Assembly (NCBI GenBank): GCA_013265495.1
Contig: MU057718.1
Span: 1-64,000, forward strand
Reading direction: 5' to 3'
Length of the DNA stretch: 64,000 nt
Source: Vicugna vicugna
Taxonomy: Eukaryota
The translations under genes were made by a program, and so were the position numbers. Under the pieces are notes generated by a model. It made no database searches. It was not told the origin of the DNA and saw only the letters and a program-made list of their open reading frames with translations. Below, piece after piece: positions 57,391-64,000 of this stretch (positions are counted from its first letter, which is position 1; each line of letters opens with the position of its first letter).

Positions 57391-58379
57391 TTTAAGCAGG
57401 AGAAATCCAACCCATGAAGTAAAATCTGAAAGCCTTCAGGAAGACCTGGAGCCTGTGTCTCTCCCTGTGGAAGAAACCGGTGGCAGCAGGATGGAGCTGC
57501 ACACCTGACTGGCCCAGGGCTGGACGCCCTGTGGAGGCCGGCGGGCGCCGGAGGAGCAGCTTCTCCACACTGACAGCGTGAGGGTGCAGGTCAGAGACAA
57601 CGTGCACGGCTGTAGCAGGGCCCCCCAGCCAAGGGACTGCTCCTTCAGTTTGCTCTCCAACAGGGGTAAACTTCTCTTCTGGACAACCCTAACCTAGAGA
57701 CACACGAAGGGAAGGGAACGCTAAGAAAGCTGCTCACGGCTTAGCTAACCTGACGTAGAACAAGAACAGCACAACCCACTGCTTGTCGGCCACCGTGGAC
57801 CACGTTAAGCTTCCCGATTGAAAGACAGCAACACACTTTGTGTTTCCACCTAATGCAGGGAAACTATCTCAGATATAATATAAAATTGCCAGCCCTCCTC
57901 CAAGAAAGGCCAGAACTCCCATTGACCATCTTACGTAACTTCGGCTGATGATCATTTCTCGCGTTGATGAATAACCTCCGTCTTGGGTGTCCTGCAGCTC
58001 GTATGCTGAGGTATGTAGCATCGCCACTAACACGTCTTACGTCAGACGGTAGGGGGTGGGGGTGGACGGAACAGGTTGGTTATGAGAGGAGGAGACGGAG
58101 ACGGTGGAGTAGAAGGACACAGAGCACATTCACATTACATCTACATGTGGACCACGTCTCACTGGAGAAAAATGGAGACTGGCAGAGAGACTCCTGTACA
58201 GCCAAGGCGCTGAAGAAAGGTCCACGAGGAGTCACGTAGGGTGGGAAGAGAGGTACTCGGTTTGGAACGCAGCCTCGAGGAGGGGACCCGGGCCAGGGAG
58301 ACACGTCATGGGCCCGGAGGTCTTCCCTGGGGAGTGGGCAGCTTGAGAGCGTTAGTAATATGAATGCTAACCAAGTTAG

Positions 58380-59780
58380 GGAAAAGAACAGATGAAAACA
58401 ATTTGAACCTTTACAGGGACCTGGAAAATATGAAAAGAGAACCACTCACCGGAGGGGTACAGTAGCTAAAACTTAAAACACTGGAAGGGGCGAACAGGAG
58501 ACTAGGTGACACCGGAGACCCCACGTGACGTGGAAGACAGAACCATGGGAATTACCCAGTCAGAACTACAAAAGGAAGAACAACTCTTTTAAAATTGAGA
58601 GCACTTTGAGGAATCTATGGAAGTACACAACTGTCGTAACATTGGCATGATCGGGGTCCCAGAAGCAGAAGAGAGGGAGAAAAAAGCTGAAAATGTACTT
58701 TATGAAATTATGGCAAAAACTCACCAACCATGAAGAAAGAGAGACATTTCCAGGCGTAGGAATCACACAGTCCCAAACAAACAGAACCGAGAGAGACCCA
58801 CACCAAGACACGTCTCAATTAAATTGGCAAAAGTTAAGGATAAAGAGAGAACTCTGAAGACAGAAAGAGAACAACAGAGTCACGTACAAGGAACTGCCCC
58901 AAAGTTAGCAGTTGATTTTTCTGCAGAAACTCTGCAGACCAGACGGGAGAGGCATGATCTATACAAATGTTGAATTGAAAAAACCTACAACCTAGGAGAT
59001 GTCACCCCGCAAGATTGTCGTGCAGACCTGAAGGAGAGACAAGAACTTCTCAGGCAAGCAAACCCTGGAGCAGTTCATCAGCCCTCAGAGACATGTCAAA
59101 GGTCTTCCTGGAGGGGAACACACAGGCTATTGCAAGACGCAAGAATTTACAGCAAAGGCAAATCCCACTAAAAGGCAAATTAAAGCCTGAGGGTCATCAA
59201 CTAAATAAGCAAAAGATCAAAAGATCAAATACGTAAGATGAACTGTGACTGCACTAAACAGCAGTTCACAGGGAGAAGTAAAATATGACATCAAAAAAAT
59301 GGGGGGGTCACAGAGGGAACTAAAGAAAAAACAGACACGTGAAAAGCTGCTCACATTCCTAATCATTAGGGAAATGTAAATCAAAACCAAATGAGATGTC
59401 ACCACAAAGACTACAGGTAAGAAATACTGGTGAAGAGATGGGGTAGACGGAACCCTGGTCGCTGTTCGCAGGAGTGCAAGTTGGTGCAGCCTCTGGGGAA
59501 AACAGTGAGGAATTCCCTCAAGAAAACTAAAGATACAACTATCACACGGTCCAGCAATTCCACTCCCGCCTGTACATCCGAAGGAAACAAAAACAAGAGC
59601 TTGAAAAGATACATGCACCCCAAGGTACATAGCAACTGTATGAACAAGAGTCAGCATACGGAAGCAACACAAGGGTCTGTCGGCAGAAAAATGGATAAAG
59701 GCGGTACGATGTCTACACACGACGGAATAACGCCCAGCCGAGCAGAAGAATGCAATTCTGCCATCCCCGCCTTTACTTGG
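58380..59780 (+). mobile_element. L1 ORF1 and 3' ORF2 fragments
   Basis: 'ggggtcccagaagcagaagagagggag', 'gattttttctgcagaaactctgcagaccaga', 'ggagtgcaagttggtgcagcctctggggaaaacagtg'. Confidence 0.75.
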
Positions 59781-60989
59781 CGCTCACTGAAGCAGACATC
59801 CACCGCAGGACACTGCACCTTCACAGCACCCTGACTGGCACCAGCCGGAGTGGCCCAGCTGCGGGGACACGTGAGACCGACGGCATAAGGACCTCATATG
59901 TCTTTGTGCTCACACCTCCCCGAGAGGCGGGGCCTTGCCTCAGCCTCACCCCGGGGAATCCAGGGCCCTGGACCAGACAGCCTGCAGTCCCTGCCTGTGC
60001 AGAGGGCGCCAGGACTTGCGTGTACGATTTCGGCCCCTCTGCCCTTGCTGCCTGTGAGAGGCTCCTGGGTGCCCTCTCCTCTCACTCCTTTCCTCAGGGA
60101 CTGGCTGCCAGACACATCCCTGCAGCCTGGGGTGTTGGGAGAGACAGAAGCCCTGGAAGTTCTGCGAAGGTGCCACCCATTTATCTACCAGACAACTGCT
60201 TACCAGGTGGCAACTCCACCATCACCACTGGACACTGAGTACATGTGGGGCCCGAGATAGACGGGGCCTCTGCCCTCAAGGAAGTTAGAGAACAGGGCAA
60301 GGGCAGACACTAAGTAAATCAGCCCACAGCTATGTGAGGACCATCAGGATAAGAGCTGGGAATGCACAGCGTGGGGCTGTGAGGCTGCTCAGTGCAAGAA
60401 ACAGCCTGGTCTGTGGGGTCAGGGCTAGCTTTCCTGGGTGCGCCCTGAAGCAGAGCCCTGGAGGACCAGGGTGGCTGCCTCGGGTCTGCTGGTCAACAGC
60501 TGGTCTCCTGCCCTCCCAGCCACCGAACCTCCTAGACCCAGGGTAAGTGCGTTCATCCATGTGGGAGAAGACATTAGTGACGTGTTAAAGGTTAGGCTTC
60601 AAAACGGCCTGATGGTGACTCTCCTGTAGACACATAAAGAACACATCTCCAAATTGTACTGAACTCGTTAATCAAGGTGTGAGAGCCCGGCCAAAGCAGT
60701 ATTCAAAGCACTCCATTTGTACAGTCGAATCAAGAGTGCTGAAATGAGTTTACAAACAGTTTCTAAATGGGAGTCAGAGAAGCCTCGATCCTTCATCCGA
60801 AGAAGGGGATTTGTGTTGCCATCCACCCTCTGCAGCTTAGAGAGTCGGGAAATAGCTCAAAGACAATGAAAACCATAGAGCCCCACGGGGCAGGATGGCC
60901 TTGACGCGCACACAAGACAATGCCTTGCTTTCCACTGAAGACACCAGGAGTGATTTTTTTGGTCCATTTCAACGTCTTTCACAATTTCA

Positions 60990-62900
60990 CCTGCTGACAT
61001 GTGTAACTGACAGAAATAGATTGAGGATAGACAGAGAACTCCTGCAAATCAACTAGAAAAATCAAACAATTCTGTAGAGAAGTGGGCAGGAGAATTAAAC
61101 AGATGTTTCACAAAAGCTGTCCAAATAGCCATGAAACATTTGAAAGGAGCCACACCGGTTTTAAGGGAAATGAAAACCACATCAGAGAAAGCAGTTCTGA
61201 TTCAGCAAGCCCTGGAGAAAGCGAGGAGAAGCAAAGGCAAGAGGAGGCCTTGCAGGCAGCCAGGAAATGACGCATCGCACAAGGGACAAATGACACTGGC
61301 TTCTCATCAGAAAAAAAGTGGTGACCAGGGAACAATAGAAGAGGAGTTTCAACCCAGAAGTCTACATCCAGAGAAAAGATCTTTCTAAAATGACTATGTA
61401 ACAGACATTTTCAGACACACAAAACCTGAGGGAGTGCATTTCCAAGAGACCTGAGGTAAAGGAAAGGCTAACAGAGAGATTTTGTGCTGTGAAGAAATGA
61501 CACCAAAGTGAAAGTCAGGTCCACAGGATGGAAAGTGGAGCATCAGGGGTGGTAAACATGCAAGTGCAAAAAAAATGTGCTTTTCTCTCTTGCTTTCTTA
61601 AAAAGACGATTGTTGAAAGTAAAAACTGTAACTGTATGTTGTGGGGCGTGTAACATGTATAGATGCAAAATACAAGACAGAACCACCAAGAATGAATTGA
61701 TAAGTGGAACTGTACTTTTTCAAGGCCCTAATGACAACATGAGGTTCATTGTGATAACTGCAGGGTGCACGTTATAGTCACAAAAATCACAATGCAAACA
61801 GGCTTATCTTAAAAGTCAGTAGAGAAATCAGAATGGAATACCAAAAAGTACTTCATTGGCCCAAGAGGATGGAGGAAAGAAGGAATAAAGCTGCAGCAAA
61901 CATCCTCACTGGGCGACCTTTAGGGGTGTTCACACAGGGTCCGGGATGCAGCAAGGGCACCTGTCACTGCTGTCATAGTATTTTGCAGGGTTTTTCAGCT
62001 TCGTGACTTGGCTAACCTGTGGACTGTGAACTCAAATCAAAGAGTTACAGCCAGGCTTTCTTTAGTAAACAAAGAAAAACAAGGAGAAATTTTCTGCATT
62101 GTGCATAACAAGAGTAAATATTTTCCATGAAAATTTTTTTTGGTAACATAAATAAATATACACAATATATATGTTTTATACATATATATAACATACAAAT
62201 GTGTATTGGATGACAATATAGAATGTTTTTCTTATAAGGATTTTGTCAAAAAGGTTTGGAAAATGCTCATTTAACAGATTATTGGCCATCCTAGCCAAAG
62301 CTACATGACAAGAAAAAGAAACGGGGTTGTTAAGATTGAAAGAGGAGACGTAACACAGGCATTATTTGCAGACAATATGATCACGTCTAAGGAAAAGCAA
62401 ACAAAAGCAGCGGACGAACTGTTAGAAGTAACGAGAAAAGCAGCACGATTTCCAAATGTAAGACCAATTTACCAAAAGCAGTCATGGTCCTCTGTGACAG
62501 CAAACCTACCAGAAAGTGTAACAGAAAGAGAGGCGCAGCTCACAGCAACGCAAGGGATATCCTGACGAAGGGCACCCAAGACCTTTGTGAAACAAAGTTA
62601 AACTCCATTAAAAGACATAAAAGAAAACTGGTCGGCTGGAGAGACACGCTGGTCAAGGATGGTGTGATAAAGCGCCATTTGTCTCACAGACTAAGAAATA
62701 CAATGTACTCCCCATCAAAATTCCAGCTGGGTTGGTTTTGTTTGTTTGTCTGTCTGTCTTTGAGATCCATTTACAGCTTAGACAATTTTGAAAAATAAAA
62801 GCAAAGGATGAGGGTTTTCAGGGAGACTTTCCCCCTAAACGTTGGCATGGTCACAAAACCGTCACCGAAAACAATGGTACTCATGCTCAAACTACTAGAC
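60990..62900 (+). mobile_element. Decayed L1 fragments
   Basis: 'gagaactcctgcaaatcaactagaaaaatc', 'gcattatttgcagacaatatgatc' (LFADNM), 'ccccatcaaaattccagc'. Confidence 0.65.
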
Positions 62901-63124
62901 CCAAGGAACAGGAGAGCCTCAGAGACAGCCCAGTTGTCCCTCAGAGCTCGGACCACAGTGAGTGGTGCCGTCAGGCAACGGGGAAGCCTGTTGGGGGGGG
63001 ACAGGACTCTCACATGGAGAGCTTCAGTCCTCTGCACGGGGGCTGGTGGTTGAGCCTGTTAGGACCCAGCAGGCTCACCTGAAAGGCCAACTCTGAAGCT
63101 GAAAGGAGGCAGACCAGCCCAGGC

Positions 63125-63553
63125 TGGTGGTGCACGGTGATGGCTTCTGCCTGGTGGAAGGTATGTCCATCCAGAACTTGTGAACATGAACTCGTTTGGA
63201 CACAGGGTCTTTGCTAACGTCATTAGGTCAAGGATGTTAAGATTGGATCACACTAGATTTCTGAAGGGTTACAAGTCCAATGACTTGTAGCAAGTGGAGG
63301 TGACACAGGGCAGAATGCCATGTGAAGATGGAGGGAAGATTGGAGTGAGGCCAGTAGCCAGTCACTGGAAGGGGCTGGACGAGGCAGGAGGGATCCACCA
63401 CCACCACTCCCTCCTCCACCCCAGCCTGGAAGCTCGGCCCTGCCAACACCTTGGTTTCTGTATTCTGGCTTCCAGAGTGTGAGAATCCATTCCTGTGGTT
63501 TAGAGCCACCATACTTGTGGTCCTTTGTGACAGAAGCCCCAGGGAACTTACAC
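63125..63553 (+). mobile_element. MLT1C-like MaLR solo LTR
   Basis: 'tttggacacagggtctttgctaacgtcatt', 'ccatgtgaagatggagggaagattggagtga', 'ctggcttccagagtgtgagaatccattcctgtggtttagagccacc...tttgtgacagaagccccagggaacttacaca'. Confidence 0.8.
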
Positions 63554-64000
63554 AGTAGCCTCCAAAATTCAGGGTAGATAACCAGCAAATCTGCCACATG
63601 GAAACCAAGAACTTACGTCAAATGAGGGCTCAGTACGCAGTGTTAACAGACTGAGGATGATCCAGGAGAAGGTCATCACAATGCAAAACTTGCAAGGGGC
63701 TGGCTTCTAGAGGTGACTGCCGTGCAGATTTCCAGGAATTGCCAAGAGAATCTTAGCAAGCATGATGCGATCAAAGAGAAGTCCAAACGGTTCCTGAGTT
63801 TCCAAAGATATGCTCCAGCTCGTCAGCAACAGGAGGGTTTGGATTAGATCCCAGAGACACCGCGCTGCACCCTTCAGAATGGCAAGCTCCCACGGATCAT
63901 GACAGCGGCATGCCCGCTGGGAAGGCAGTCCTGGGGCTGGAGGCAGGGGCCACGCCTGTGGCAGCCGAGAAGCAGGGCCTCCCAGGAGGCCTGGGATGCC

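Overview
This is mammalian non-coding, repeat-rich DNA, most likely camelid (alpaca or camel), judged from two Vic-1-type tRNA-derived SINEs. I find no intact protein-coding gene: the ORF track is almost entirely L1 remnants, GC-rich repeat frames and N-gap read-through. There is no evidence of a prokaryote-style system such as CRISPR, an operon or a defence island. Layout: (1) 2.5-5.4 kb is a head-to-tail amplified CpG-island/first-exon unit of about 0.9 kb, spanning a 519-N gap. (2) 5.4-54 kb is AT-rich, with L1, L2, MIR, CR1, Tigger, hAT and MaLR relics and a few orphan exon-like pieces. (3) 43.5-50.5 kb is a 7-kb minus-strand composite: a short AATAAA-bearing fragment, a processed HDGFL3 pseudogene and an internally deleted L1, bracketed by one 13-bp TSD. 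(4) At about 54.2 kb the sequence switches abruptly to GC-rich. The most unusual signal is a network of short (15-137 bp) copies, 93-100% identical to distant parts of this same window, strung together at two junctions (20.9 kb and 54.0-54.2 kb). This suggests templated-insertion scars of a complex rearrangement or segmental-duplication mosaic. Repeat family names are from recognition by eye, not database searches.
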